Source: Candidatus Poriferihabitaceae bacterium | Lineage (GTDB): Bacteria > Pseudomonadota > Gammaproteobacteria > Arenicellales > Poriferihabitantaceae | NCBI GenBank assembly: GCA_965203365.1 | Contig: OZ241878.1 | Coordinates: 3,398,487-3,462,486, forward strand | Reading direction: 5' to 3' | DNA length: 64,000 bases | Shown: piece after piece, positions 34,352-44,127 of the stretch | Layout of the letters: each line of letters opens with the position of its first letter | Position numbering within the stretch: position 1 is the stretch's first letter | Notes under the pieces: model-generated | What the model saw: only the letters and a program-made list of their open reading frames with translations | Databases searched by the model: none | Told to the model about the DNA's origin: nothing | Position numbers and translations under genes: made by a program

Positions 34352-35926
34352 TCATTCGTCGACCGAATCGTGACCCATCGGCAAGGGACGCAATCCAAAG
34401 TCGGATTCGAGGCCATCGAACCGTGAGTCGAGGTGTGCCGGGACATGGGTCCGCAGCACTTCCCGCGTTCTGTGGATGGCCGCTTCCCGGATATCCGGAT
34501 GACCCGCGTTCTCCCAGTCTGCCAAGGCGCTTCGATCGGCCAGCGCAGGGTAGACAAAATCCGTTTTCATTCTCGCGAGAGTCTGGGGCTCGCCGAGAAA
34601 ATGCCCGGCACCGGTCACCACCCGATGGATATCCGCCAGTGCCAGGGTTTCGGCGGTGACCTCCACCGGCCTCAAGCTGCTCAGGATACTCCCGAGCATG
34701 TCATTGTCGATCAGGTAGCTTTCGAGGGCACAGCCCATGAGACTCGCCTGCATGCCGCAGGCCTGGGTGATGAGATGGCTGCCGGCGTGGGCGGCGAGCG
34801 TGACCGAAAGACATTTTTCATAGCCGCTCTGGGCATCGGCCAGCTTGCTGTCGGCCGCCCCGGCGATGGAGACATTGGCGAGGTCGTAGAACTGCGCCAT
34901 CCGGGTCGCGGCGGCCATAATGGTGGCCTGCTCTCCCCCACCTCCACTCATGGCCCCGGTGCGCAGGTCGGTGATCATGGGTTTGGCACCAAACAGGATC
35001 AAGGCCTCGGGATTGACCAGCCAGGCGAGGATCATTCCGGCCAGGGTCTCCGCGACTGTCTGGACCAGTGCGCCGGCCTGACTGACCGGACAAGAGGCCC
35101 CCACCTGGCTGAAGAAATTGGCATGCACCGGAAGACCATGAGCGGCCGCGGTTTCGATCACCGCCACAGCCTCTTGGGCGAAGCGAAGGGGCGGTGTGAC
35201 GATGTTGATATTGAGGGACAGGAACGGTTGCTCAATGAACTGTTGCCGTGACCCGGCCAGTCGATAGCACAAGGCGGCAATTTCTCGCACATGTTCCGGT
35301 CTTGAGGCGCTGACACAGACATGCTTGGCGGTGCCTCGAAGACAGGCCCAGGCGGTATTCAGGTCCAGGCTGCGCTCATCCGGCATGTCTCGGGCCACCA
35401 GCGAACGACTGAAAAAATGCACATGGGGCAAGACATCCACCAAACGGGCTGCATCGAACAGGTCCTTCAGGGTCGAATCCCGATAGCGGCGGGTCTGGAG
35501 GTCGAGGATGGCGGGTGCGGCTCCCCCCGAGCCCATATGCACCCGGTGGGCGGTCAGATGCAGGGCATGTTCCTGTCGTTGACCGTGCAGAGTAAAGTCC
35601 CGTCGCATTCCGGTGAGTGCCGCCTGCACGAGTGATTCGGGGAAGCACAACCGTCCTTGCCGAAGCTGGCCGCCCGCCGCTCGTACCCGTTTTACGGTGG
35701 AGGCGGGTGCGTGGGACAGTCCGGTATGCGCCAAGACGGTCAGGACGCCCTGATGAATGGCTTCGATTTCAGGGGTTGTGAGCGGGTGGTAGTTGCCACC
35801 CGGCATGCCGGGCTGGATCGGTGGAATCGGGTCGGTCCCACTGTCTCGCACTGACCCCATTTGACGCCCCCGGCGTCGTCGGCTTGATCGGTGTCTTGGG
35901 GGAGACGTGGGCCGAAGGTCGGTCAT
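34352..35926 (-). CDS. MttB-superfamily (trimethylamine methyltransferase-like, non-pyrrolysine) methyltransferase
   Basis: 524 aa. The Arg-rich N-terminus, then YHPLTTPEIEAIHQGVLTVL, later DLRTGAMSGGGGEQ and HFLGEPQT, are collinear with the MttB family as I recall it. There is no internal stop codon. Confidence 0.7.
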   Translation of the reverse strand: MTDLRPTSPPRHRSSRRRRGRQMGSVRDSGTDPIPPIQPGMPGGNYHPLTTPEIEAIHQGVLTVLAHTGLSHAPASTVKRVRAAGGQLRQGRLCFPESLVQAALTGMRRDFTLHGQRQEHALHLTAHRVHMGSGGAAPAILDLQTRRYRDSTLKDLFDAARLVDVLPHVHFFSRSLVARDMPDERSLDLNTAWACLRGTAKHVCVSASRPEHVREIAALCYRLAGSRQQFIEQPFLSLNINIVTPPLRFAQEAVAVIETAAAHGLPVHANFFSQVGASCPVSQAGALVQTVAETLAGMILAWLVNPEALILFGAKPMITDLRTGAMSGGGGEQATIMAAATRMAQFYDLANVSIAGAADSKLADAQSGYEKCLSVTLAAHAGSHLITQACGMQASLMGCALESYLIDNDMLGSILSSLRPVEVTAETLALADIHRVVTGAGHFLGEPQTLARMKTDFVYPALADRSALADWENAGHPDIREAAIHRTREVLRTHVPAHLDSRFDGLESDFGLRPLPMGHDSVDE

Positions 35927-36039
35927 GTCCTATCCGATGCCGATTGGGGCTGTCCAGAGAGGGCCTGTCATGGTGGGGACACGCCCCTCTCGGAATTGAA
36001 GGAAGAGAGTCGGTGGCACGGCCATTGGCATGCTCGCCG

Positions 36040-38001
36040 TCAAGTCCGGGAGGTGGACCGCAAGGCGTCAGGACGGCGACTTTTTGGGTCGCCGGAACCA
36101 TCCATGGGTCCATGGTCCAACCTTGGGTCGCCGCAGACCAGGAATCCGCCGGATTGTCGACTCCAGAGGTCCGCATACAGGCCGTCCGCGGCCAGCAACA
36201 CATGGTGGGTGCCGGATTCCTGAATGCGGCCCTGATCCATGATCACCAGCCGGTCCATCTGGGCGATGGTCGATAGTCGGTGGGCAATGGCGATGACCGT
36301 TTTCCCATCCATCAGGCGGTAGAGACTTTCCTGGATGGCCGCTTCCACCTCCGAGTCCAGAGCACTGGTGGCCTCGTCCAGCAGCAGGATGGCGGCATTC
36401 TTCAGCAGGACCCGGGCAATGGCAATGCGTTGACGCTGACCCCCTGACAACTTGATGCCGCGTTCGCCGACATGTGCCTCATAATCCCGTCGTCCATCCA
36501 GGTCCTCCAGACCCAGAATAAAATCATGGGCCTTGGCCTGTTTGGCGGCGGTGATCACGGCCGCTCTGTCCGCATCCGGGACGCCATAGCGGATGTTGTC
36601 GAGGACGGATCGATGCAGCAGGGAAGTATCCTGGGTCACCATGCCAATATTCGCCCGCAGGCTTTCCTGGGTCGCGCGGGTAATATCCTGACCGTCGATT
36701 TCAATCACCCCCGATTCGGCATCGTAAAACCGGAGCAGCAGGTTGACCAAAGTCGACTTCCCCGCGCCCGAGCGGCCGACCAACCCGACCTTCTCGCCCG
36801 GACGGACTGCCAAGGAAAAGTCGGCAATGACCCGGCCGGTCCCCGGATCGATGTCCTTGCCGTAATTGAAGTGGACATGGCGAAACTCAATGGCCCCACC
36901 GGTCACCTGCAGGGGGGTGGCATCCGGCCGGTCGGTGACCGCGATATCACGCGACAGGACGTCAATACCGTCCTGGACGATGCCGATGTTTTCAAACAGA
37001 CCGGCGATTTCCCAGAGAATCCATTGCGACATGCCCTGCATCCGAAGGACCAGCCCCATGGCAAAGGCAATCGCCCCCACGGTGACCGTCTCTTGATGCC
37101 AAAGCAGGATCGAGGTCAGGCCAACGAAGAACAGCAGCCCCGCATTCAGACAGTTGAGCACCACGGTCAGCAGGGCCGAAAGACGCATCTGGCGATACAC
37201 GGTCTCCAGAAACTCGGTCATGCCCTCCCGGGCATAGGCATCCTCAATGTCGCTGTGGGCGAACATTTTCACGGTGGTAATATTGGTATAGCTGTCCACC
37301 ACTCGACCAGTCACCATGGATCGGGCGTTCGCCTGCTCCATGGAGATGACCTGCATGCGGGGAACGAAGTAGCGCAGGGTGAGGAGGTATCCGGCCAGCC
37401 AAAGCAACATGGGAGCGGTCAACCGCAGGTCGCTGGTGGCGAAGAGCACCAAGGCCCCCGTGAAATAGACCGCGACATACAGCAGCACTTCGGTCGTTCG
37501 AATGACCGCATCGCGGATGCCCAGGGAGGTCTGCATCATCTTGGTGGCAATCCGTCCTGCGAAATCATTCTGGAAGAATTCGACACTCTGCCGGAGCAGG
37601 TAGCGATGGGCCTGCCATCGGGTGCGCATGGCGAAATTGCCCAACAGCCCCTGATGCACGATGTTTTCATAGACGTACTTCAGCCCAGGCAGGATCACCA
37701 AGACCAGCGCCCCCACCAAGATCAGCTGGAGTTGGTAGGTGTCCCAGAAATCCTCCCGGGGAGTCATGGCCAGCCAGTCCACCAGACGGCCGACGAAGGC
37801 GAACAGGTAGACCTCAATCAGTGAGATCGCCACAGAAAACAACGCACTGGCCAAGATCAGGGGCCAGAAAGGACGGGCATAGTGGGCGATGAACCCGAAC
37901 AGGGTATCCGGTGGCTTGTCCGACAACTCCCCCGGAAAGGGCGGGCAGTAGCTTTCCAGCCAGGAGTTGAACCGATCGTTCAGGATCCGCAGAGCGTTCA
38001 T
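36040..38001 (-). CDS. Fused permease/ATPase ABC exporter (MsbA-like half transporter)
   Basis: It has an N-terminal six-helix TMD, Walker A GRSGAGKST, the signature LSGGQRQRIAIARV and Walker B ILLLDEATSALD. The start at 38001 forms an ATGA overlap with the upstream gene. Confidence 0.88.
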   Translation of the reverse strand: MNALRILNDRFNSWLESYCPPFPGELSDKPPDTLFGFIAHYARPFWPLILASALFSVAISLIEVYLFAFVGRLVDWLAMTPREDFWDTYQLQLILVGALVLVILPGLKYVYENIVHQGLLGNFAMRTRWQAHRYLLRQSVEFFQNDFAGRIATKMMQTSLGIRDAVIRTTEVLLYVAVYFTGALVLFATSDLRLTAPMLLWLAGYLLTLRYFVPRMQVISMEQANARSMVTGRVVDSYTNITTVKMFAHSDIEDAYAREGMTEFLETVYRQMRLSALLTVVLNCLNAGLLFFVGLTSILLWHQETVTVGAIAFAMGLVLRMQGMSQWILWEIAGLFENIGIVQDGIDVLSRDIAVTDRPDATPLQVTGGAIEFRHVHFNYGKDIDPGTGRVIADFSLAVRPGEKVGLVGRSGAGKSTLVNLLLRFYDAESGVIEIDGQDITRATQESLRANIGMVTQDTSLLHRSVLDNIRYGVPDADRAAVITAAKQAKAHDFILGLEDLDGRRDYEAHVGERGIKLSGGQRQRIAIARVLLKNAAILLLDEATSALDSEVEAAIQESLYRLMDGKTVIAIAHRLSTIAQMDRLVIMDQGRIQESGTHHVLLAADGLYADLWSRQSGGFLVCGDPRLDHGPMDGSGDPKSRRPDALRSTSRT

Positions 38002-40505
38002 GCGCCGGTTTCGCGCAAAATCGTGACCGGTGGTCGTGCCAGGATGTGTCGTCCGCTCCAGATCCCGGTGAGGCCCAGCAACAGGACCGACACGGGTGGG
38101 ACGAGTACCCAGGCCCACCAGGTGGGGGCATATTCCAGTTCGAATATCTGCCAGTACAACAGGGCAATGACGATTTCCGCGCCCAGGGCACCGATCAGCC
38201 CGGCCAGCAGTCCCATGCTGGCGAATTCACTCCACTGGTTGATATGCAACAGTCTGCGACCAGCCCCCAGGGTCCGAACCAGGGCGCCTTCCTGGAAGCG
38301 CTCCTTCATGCTGGTCTGGATCGTCGACAGGGTGACCACGAATCCGGCCGCCAGGACAAACAGGAGAATGGACTCCACGGCCAGGATCACTTGGTTGATG
38401 ATGGTCTTGACCTGCCGGAGAACCGCATCCATCTCCAGCAAGGTGAGGGAGGGAAAGGTCCGCATCATGTCCACCAACAGCCGCTTGCGGTCGGCGGACA
38501 AAAAGAAACTGCCGACCCAAGTCATGGGCAGGGTGTCCAGACTGCCGGGGTTGAAGACCATGTAGAAATTGGGCTGGAAGTTGTCCCATTGCACACTCCG
38601 CAGGCTGGTTACCGTGGCGGACCAGTTGCGATCACCGGTGAAAAAGGTGAGTTCGTCTCCCAGGGTGATGCCCAGATCTTCCGCGACTTCGGCCTCCACC
38701 GAGACCCGGGTCTGTCCTTGATCCGCTGCCTGCCACCAGCGGCCGGCCGTCAGTTGGTTGTCGGCCGGCAGGGCCTCGGACCAAGTGAGATTCAGTTCGC
38801 GGTTGATGCTTTCTTCCCCTTGGTTCTCCTTGCTGACGTGGTCCCGCACTGGGGTGTCATTGATGCGGATCAGCCGACCGCGGACCACCGGATACAGCGG
38901 TTGGGCGTCGATCTGTCGGCTCGAGGTGAATTGCCGCCATCGATCCGTCTCGTGGTCCTGGAGATTGAGCACAAAGTGATTCGGCGCATCCGGCGGAATG
39001 GTCTCCTGCCAGGTGGTGATCAACTCAGTGCGTAACATCAGCACGACCAGCATGGCCATGATGGTCAGACCGAACGCCATGGTCTGGGCCACCGTTTCTT
39101 TTCGGCGGCGCAGAAAATTTCGCACCCCAGCGCGGATCGGGACTGGGACCCGGGTCAGCCATCGGGCCAACAGGCGGAACAGACCGCCGATTCCCAGAGC
39201 AGCGACTGCGAGCACCACGGCACTGCCGCCGGTCATGCCCAAGGTCAGCATGAGATTGTCGGTATACAACCACATCAACGACACGATCAGGGCGAGGGCA
39301 GCGCCATAGACCAGGCGGGCCGACAGGGTCAAGGGCATTAGATCCTTGCGCAGGACCCGCTGTGGTGGGACGGCCCGCAGTCGCAACACGGAGGGCAAGG
39401 TGAAGCCCAGCAGGACCACAAAGCTCAGGAACAGGCCGGACAGGATGGGGACGATACCGATTCCCGGTAGATTGTCCGGCAGCCATGAGCCCAATAGCAT
39501 CACCAGCCCGGCTTGGGCCAGCCAGCCGACCAGGTTGCCCAGAAGACCTCCCACCAAGCCCAGCAACAGCAGCTGCAGGACGAAAATGCCGAGGATATCG
39601 TTCTGACTGCAGCCGAGACAGCGCAGCAAGGCACTGGTATCGTAGTGGGACTCGCTGTAATAGCGACCACTGTTGGCGATGGCGACGGCCGCCAACAGCA
39701 GGGCCACCAGACTGGCCAGGCCCGTATACTGTTTCGCCTTGTCCAGGGCCTCGTTGACCGCCGGACGGTCCTCGGCCAGATTCCGGATGCGTTCGCTCGG
39801 GGTCAGACGGGGCTCCAGCCAGGCGCGGAACTCGGCAATGGACGAGGCCTCACCCGCGAACAGATCCTTGAACCAGACCCGGCTGCCCGGCTGGAGAATG
39901 CCGGTCGCCGCCAAGTCGTCCTGATGGATCATGACGCGCGGGTTGAAGCTGTAGAAGCTGTTGCCGCGGTCGGGCTCATAGGTGATGACCCGGCTGACCA
40001 CAAAAGAGGTTTCGCCGATGGTCATCGACTGGCCCAGATTGATGCCCAACGCATGCAGGACCCTGGCATCTACCCAGGCTTCCCCGGTGCTTGGCCCCCC
40101 GTCGGCCACTTCCTCGGTCCCGTACAGTTCCCGGGTGACCCGGAGGCGACCTTTCAGGGGATAGCCATCGTCCACGGATTTGACCGACACCAGAAGCAGG
40201 TTCTCATCCGCCCCCACGACCGTGAAAAAGCGTTGTGTCCGGGCCGTCTGGAGCTGCCAGCGGGCCGCCATTTCATGCGCCTCGGGAGCGAGGGGCCGGC
40301 TGCTGGTCAAGACCAGATCACCACCGATCACGTGCTGGGCATTGACGGTCATGCCGCGACTGATCCGGTCCGTGAAATGGCCGACCGCGGTATGACTGCC
40401 AATCGCCACCACCAAGGCCAGCATCAGAATGATCAACTGACCGCTGCGCCACTCCCGCCACAGCAGGCGGGGAGACAGGGCCAGGAGGCGGGTCGGTCGC
40501 ATCAT
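37998..40505 (-). CDS. ybbP: FtsX-domain ABC transporter permease (YbbP-like, duplicated FtsX module)
   Basis: About 835 aa and polytopic. It sits downstream of ybbA and opposite tesA, as in E. coli. The start at 40505 gives an ATGA overlap with ybbA. Confidence 0.8.
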   Translation of the reverse strand: MMRPTRLLALSPRLLWREWRSGQLIILMLALVVAIGSHTAVGHFTDRISRGMTVNAQHVIGGDLVLTSSRPLAPEAHEMAARWQLQTARTQRFFTVVGADENLLLVSVKSVDDGYPLKGRLRVTRELYGTEEVADGGPSTGEAWVDARVLHALGINLGQSMTIGETSFVVSRVITYEPDRGNSFYSFNPRVMIHQDDLAATGILQPGSRVWFKDLFAGEASSIAEFRAWLEPRLTPSERIRNLAEDRPAVNEALDKAKQYTGLASLVALLLAAVAIANSGRYYSESHYDTSALLRCLGCSQNDILGIFVLQLLLLGLVGGLLGNLVGWLAQAGLVMLLGSWLPDNLPGIGIVPILSGLFLSFVVLLGFTLPSVLRLRAVPPQRVLRKDLMPLTLSARLVYGAALALIVSLMWLYTDNLMLTLGMTGGSAVVLAVAALGIGGLFRLLARWLTRVPVPIRAGVRNFLRRRKETVAQTMAFGLTIMAMLVVLMLRTELITTWQETIPPDAPNHFVLNLQDHETDRWRQFTSSRQIDAQPLYPVVRGRLIRINDTPVRDHVSKENQGEESINRELNLTWSEALPADNQLTAGRWWQAADQGQTRVSVEAEVAEDLGITLGDELTFFTGDRNWSATVTSLRSVQWDNFQPNFYMVFNPGSLDTLPMTWVGSFFLSADRKRLLVDMMRTFPSLTLLEMDAVLRQVKTIINQVILAVESILLFVLAAGFVVTLSTIQTSMKERFQEGALVRTLGAGRRLLHINQWSEFASMGLLAGLIGALGAEIVIALLYWQIFELEYAPTWWAWVLVPPVSVLLLGLTGIWSGRHILARPPVTILRETGA

Positions 40506-41239
40506 GGCGGGTTGGGCCGTCCAGTCACTGGGTGGGGTGAGATGTCGTCGGCAGACGACCCCAGGTGCCCACCTTCCATATGGACACAGCGGCCGCAACG
40601 ACCAGCCAGTTCACGATCATGGGTGACCAGCACCAGGGTGGTGCCATGTTCGGCATTGAGCCGGAACAACAGATCGGCCACCCGGTGTCCGTTCTGGGTG
40701 TCCAGATTGCCGGTGGGCTCATCGGCAAACAGGATGGCGGGACGGGTGACGAATGCCCGGGCGATCGCGACCCGTTGTTGTTCTCCCCCGGACAGTTGTC
40801 GGGGATAGTGTGTGGTGCGCTCGCCAAGCCCCACCCGCTCCAGAATTTCCGTGGCCCGGGCACCAGCATCGCCTTGGCCGGTGATTTCCAGCGGGAGGCT
40901 CACATTCTCCAGCGCCGTCAGATTGGGCAGGAGTTGGAAAGACTGGAAGACGAAGCCCACCTGACCGGCACGGATGGCCGCTCGGCTGTCTTCGTCCAGC
41001 GTGGTAATATCTCGTCCAGCGAGCCAGATGCTCCCTTCCGTGGGATGGTCCAGCCCGGCCAGCAGGCCGAGCAGCGTCGATTTTCCGGAACCGGATGCGC
41101 CGACGATGGCCAGGGTTTCCGCAGCCGCCACCGACAGGTCGATGTCGTGCAGGATCCGTAGCATGCCCGAGGCGACGGGCACGGTCTTGCCGACGCCTTG
41201 GGCATGAATCGGACAGTCGGTTGGGCTCATGGCGGGCAT
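40502..41239 (-). CDS. ybbA: ABC transporter ATP-binding protein (YbbA/LolD-like)
   Basis: It has Walker A GASGSGKSTLL, the signature LSGGEQQRVAIARA and Walker B ILFADEPTGNLD. Confidence 0.9.
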   Translation of the reverse strand: MPAMSPTDCPIHAQGVGKTVPVASGMLRILHDIDLSVAAAETLAIVGASGSGKSTLLGLLAGLDHPTEGSIWLAGRDITTLDEDSRAAIRAGQVGFVFQSFQLLPNLTALENVSLPLEITGQGDAGARATEILERVGLGERTTHYPRQLSGGEQQRVAIARAFVTRPAILFADEPTGNLDTQNGHRVADLLFRLNAEHGTTLVLVTHDRELAGRCGRCVHMEGGHLGSSADDISPHPVTGRPNPP

Positions 41240-41344
41240 CGCGGCGTAAACGCCTTACTATGCGGATGAACATTGAAATTTAAACATTTGACGCTATCAG
41301 ACAGGGACGGGCTACCCCTTGAACGAATCCCAGACCGTGCGGAT

Positions 41345-42001
41345 ATGCGAATCGTAACCAGATGGGCCTTGCCGTCCCGGCTCCAGCGACCGGGGCGGGG
41401 CGCCCTGTTCGGATTGATCCTGTGCCTGCTGCTATGGTCCGGGACCGCGGCGGCCACGAATGTCCTGTTGATCGGGGACAGCCTGAGTTCGGGGTATGGA
41501 TTGGATGGTCCGGGTTGGGTCGAACTGGCCAACCAGCAACTGGCCGAGAACGGGACCGGCATTCGGATCGTCAACGACAGCATCAGTGGGGATACCACCG
41601 CCGGGGGGTTGGCCCGACTCATGGATGGCATCCGGCGCATTGCACCGGACTGGGTCCTGATCGAACTGGGGGGCAATGATGGCCTGCGCGGCATATCCCC
41701 TTCGGTGATTGAGCACAATCTTCGCCGCATGGTGGAGATGGCCACCGCCCACGGCGTCCGCCCCATCCTGCTCGGGATCCGGATCCCGCCAAATTATGGC
41801 CGGTCCTATACGGAGCGGTTTGAACAGGTGTATGTCCAGGTCTCCCAAGACACCGGAACGCCGTTGCTGCCGTTCTTTATCGGGGAGCTGGCCCTGGATC
41901 CGTCGTATATGCAGCCGGACAACATTCATCCGAACGACCGGGCCCAACCGCTGATCCGAGATCGTGTGATGCCATTTTTGCTGTCTGTGCTAGGGGGATG
42001 A
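41345..42001 (+). CDS. tesA: SGNH/GDSL arylesterase (thioesterase I / lysophospholipase L1)
   Basis: It has a signal peptide, then LLIGDSLSSGYG (GDSL block I), GGNDGLRG and DNIHPN (block V). It is divergent from ybbA. Confidence 0.88.
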   Translation: MRIVTRWALPSRLQRPGRGALFGLILCLLLWSGTAAATNVLLIGDSLSSGYGLDGPGWVELANQQLAENGTGIRIVNDSISGDTTAGGLARLMDGIRRIAPDWVLIELGGNDGLRGISPSVIEHNLRRMVEMATAHGVRPILLGIRIPPNYGRSYTERFEQVYVQVSQDTGTPLLPFFIGELALDPSYMQPDNIHPNDRAQPLIRDRVMPFLLSVLGG

Positions 42002-42055
42002 TCCAGGTTTCAGGAAACGGTAGGCAAAGAAGGGGCTTTCGGGTATAACGCTGCC

Positions 42056-42820
42056 ATGAAAATCCTGCTCAGCAACGATGATGGCTATCAGGCTCCGGGA
42101 CTTCATGCCCTGATCCAGGGTCTAGAGGACATGGCATCGCTGGTCATTGTGGCACCGACGGACAACCAAAGCTGTACCAGCAGTGCGCTGAGTGTCCACC
42201 GACCCATCGCGGTGCACCGGGTCCGGGATGATCGGCATGAGTTCTATCATGTGGATGGCACCCCGGCGGATTGTGTCCACCTGACCCTGAACGGGGCATT
42301 GACGGAGATGCCGGACATGGTGATCTCCGGCATCAATGCGGGATCCAATCTGGGGGATGATGTCCTCTATTCCGGCACCGTGGCGGCGGCGATTGAGGGC
42401 CGGTTCCTGGGACTGCCCACCATGGCGGTCTCCCTGGCCGGTGACCGTCCGACCCATTATGACACCGCCGCCCGGGTGGTGCGGGATCTGATCGCCGGCC
42501 TGTCCCATCATCCATTGCCCGGAGATTTCATCCTCAACATCAATGTGCCGAATCTGCCCTACGATCAACTCCAGGGGATTTATGCCACCCGCTGCGGTGC
42601 CCGGCATCAGGCGCAACCGGTGATTCCCGATGGTCAGCAGGGGGATACCTGTTTTTTCATCATCGGTCCGTCCGGTGACGAGGCAGATGCCGGGCCCGGT
42701 ACCGACTTTCATGCCGTGGCGGGGGCCTGGGTCTCCGTCACGCCGTTGCAGATCGACCTGACCTGTCATCGGCGCATGACGGAAATTGCCCAGTGGGTGA
42801 TGGGAGTATCCCGGGCTTGA
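42056..42820 (+). CDS. surE: 5'/3'-nucleotidase SurE
   Basis: It starts MKILLSNDDGYQAPGL and lies in the surE-pcm-nlpD context. Confidence 0.93.
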   Translation: MKILLSNDDGYQAPGLHALIQGLEDMASLVIVAPTDNQSCTSSALSVHRPIAVHRVRDDRHEFYHVDGTPADCVHLTLNGALTEMPDMVISGINAGSNLGDDVLYSGTVAAAIEGRFLGLPTMAVSLAGDRPTHYDTAARVVRDLIAGLSHHPLPGDFILNINVPNLPYDQLQGIYATRCGARHQAQPVIPDGQQGDTCFFIIGPSGDEADAGPGTDFHAVAGAWVSVTPLQIDLTCHRRMTEIAQWVMGVSRA

Positions 42821-42846
42821 ACGGTCAATCGACCCACGGCATTGGC

Positions 42847-43482
42847 ATGACTTCCATGCGGACGCGGCGTCGGCTGATTGATCGGCTGCGCGACCATGGC
42901 ATCCGTTCCGAACAAGTCCTGAGGGCCATGGAGGCGACTCCACGGCATCTGTTCGTGAGTGAGGCCTTGGCCCACCGGGCGTATGAAGACACGGCCCTGC
43001 CCATTGGTCACCAGCAGACCATTTCGCAGCCCTGGGTGGTGGCGCGCATGACGGAACTGCTGCTGGAAGCAGGCGATGCGCCCGGCAAGGTGTTGGAGGT
43101 CGGTACCGGTTGCGGGTATCAGACGGCCATCCTTTCCCAGTTGTGTCGCTGGGTCTTCACCATTGAGCGCATCAGGGCTTTGCTGATCCCGGCCCAGACC
43201 CGCTTGCGGCAACTGGGCTATCGCAATGTCAGCCTTCTGCATGGGGACGGATTCCGGGGCTGGGAAAGTAACAGCCCTTTCGATCGGATTCTCGTGGCTG
43301 CCGCCCCCCGAGAAGCTCCGCCGACGTTGCTGGATCAACTCGACCTGCACGGTCGGATGGTGATTCCGGTGGGCGGCGGGAGTCAAACACTGCGCGTGAT
43401 CCGGCGGACGGCCGCTGGGCTGGAGGAAGAGCAGCGGGACGCCGTGCGGTTCGTTCCCATGGTGCACGGACAACAGCCATAA
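42847..43482 (+). CDS. pcm: Protein-L-isoaspartate O-methyltransferase
   Basis: It has the SAM motif VLEVGTGCGYQTAIL and TISQPWVVARM. The start at MTSMRTRRRL is preferred. Confidence 0.92.
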   Translation: MTSMRTRRRLIDRLRDHGIRSEQVLRAMEATPRHLFVSEALAHRAYEDTALPIGHQQTISQPWVVARMTELLLEAGDAPGKVLEVGTGCGYQTAILSQLCRWVFTIERIRALLIPAQTRLRQLGYRNVSLLHGDGFRGWESNSPFDRILVAAAPREAPPTLLDQLDLHGRMVIPVGGGSQTLRVIRRTAAGLEEEQRDAVRFVPMVHGQQP

Positions 43483-43541
43483 TGGGTAACGGATGTGCCG
43501 TCGTGACCGTATCCTTCAAACCCCTCACCCACCCGGAATCG

Positions 43542-44123
43542 ATGCAGTTGTTCGAGCCATTGTATGACCGGATCCTGGCCTGGTCACGTCACCGTCATGC
43601 GGAACGGTATCTGGCGCTGGTCAGCTTCCTGGAATCCTCTTTCTTTCCCATTCCCACTGCCTTCATGTTGGCCCCGATGGTCCTGGCCCGCCGTCACCGG
43701 GCGTGGTGGCTGGCCACCCTGGCGACACTGACCTCCGTAGCCGGGGGGCTGTTGGGGTACTGTGTCGGCTATTTTCTGTTCGCGCAGGTGGGCCAGTCGC
43801 TGATCGTGTTTTTTGGCCAGGAGACGGCCTTTCTGGCCGTCCAGAAGCGATTTGTCCAGGATGGCGTCTGGCTGGTTCTGCTGGCCGGTGTCACGCCCCT
43901 GCCGTACAAGCTGTGTACCCTCGCTTCGGGCCTGTTGGGTCTGGCACTGCTGCCCTTTATTGTGGCATCACTGATCGGACGGGCAGCCCAGTTTTTTCTC
44001 ATTGCCGCCGTCCTGTGGTGGGGAGGTCCCTTGATCGAATCCCATCTCAGAAAATGGATGGAGATGATCGGCTGGGGAGCGATCATGATGGCGGCTCTCG
44101 CGTATCTTTTCTTGCGTCATTGA
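43542..44123 (+). CDS. YqaA/DedA-related membrane protein
   Basis: 193 aa and polytopic. The motifs FLESSFFPIPTAFML and GVTPLPYKL are typical of the YqaA family. Confidence 0.7.
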   Translation: MQLFEPLYDRILAWSRHRHAERYLALVSFLESSFFPIPTAFMLAPMVLARRHRAWWLATLATLTSVAGGLLGYCVGYFLFAQVGQSLIVFFGQETAFLAVQKRFVQDGVWLVLLAGVTPLPYKLCTLASGLLGLALLPFIVASLIGRAAQFFLIAAVLWWGGPLIESHLRKWMEMIGWGAIMMAALAYLFLRH

Positions 44124-44127
44124 GCAT

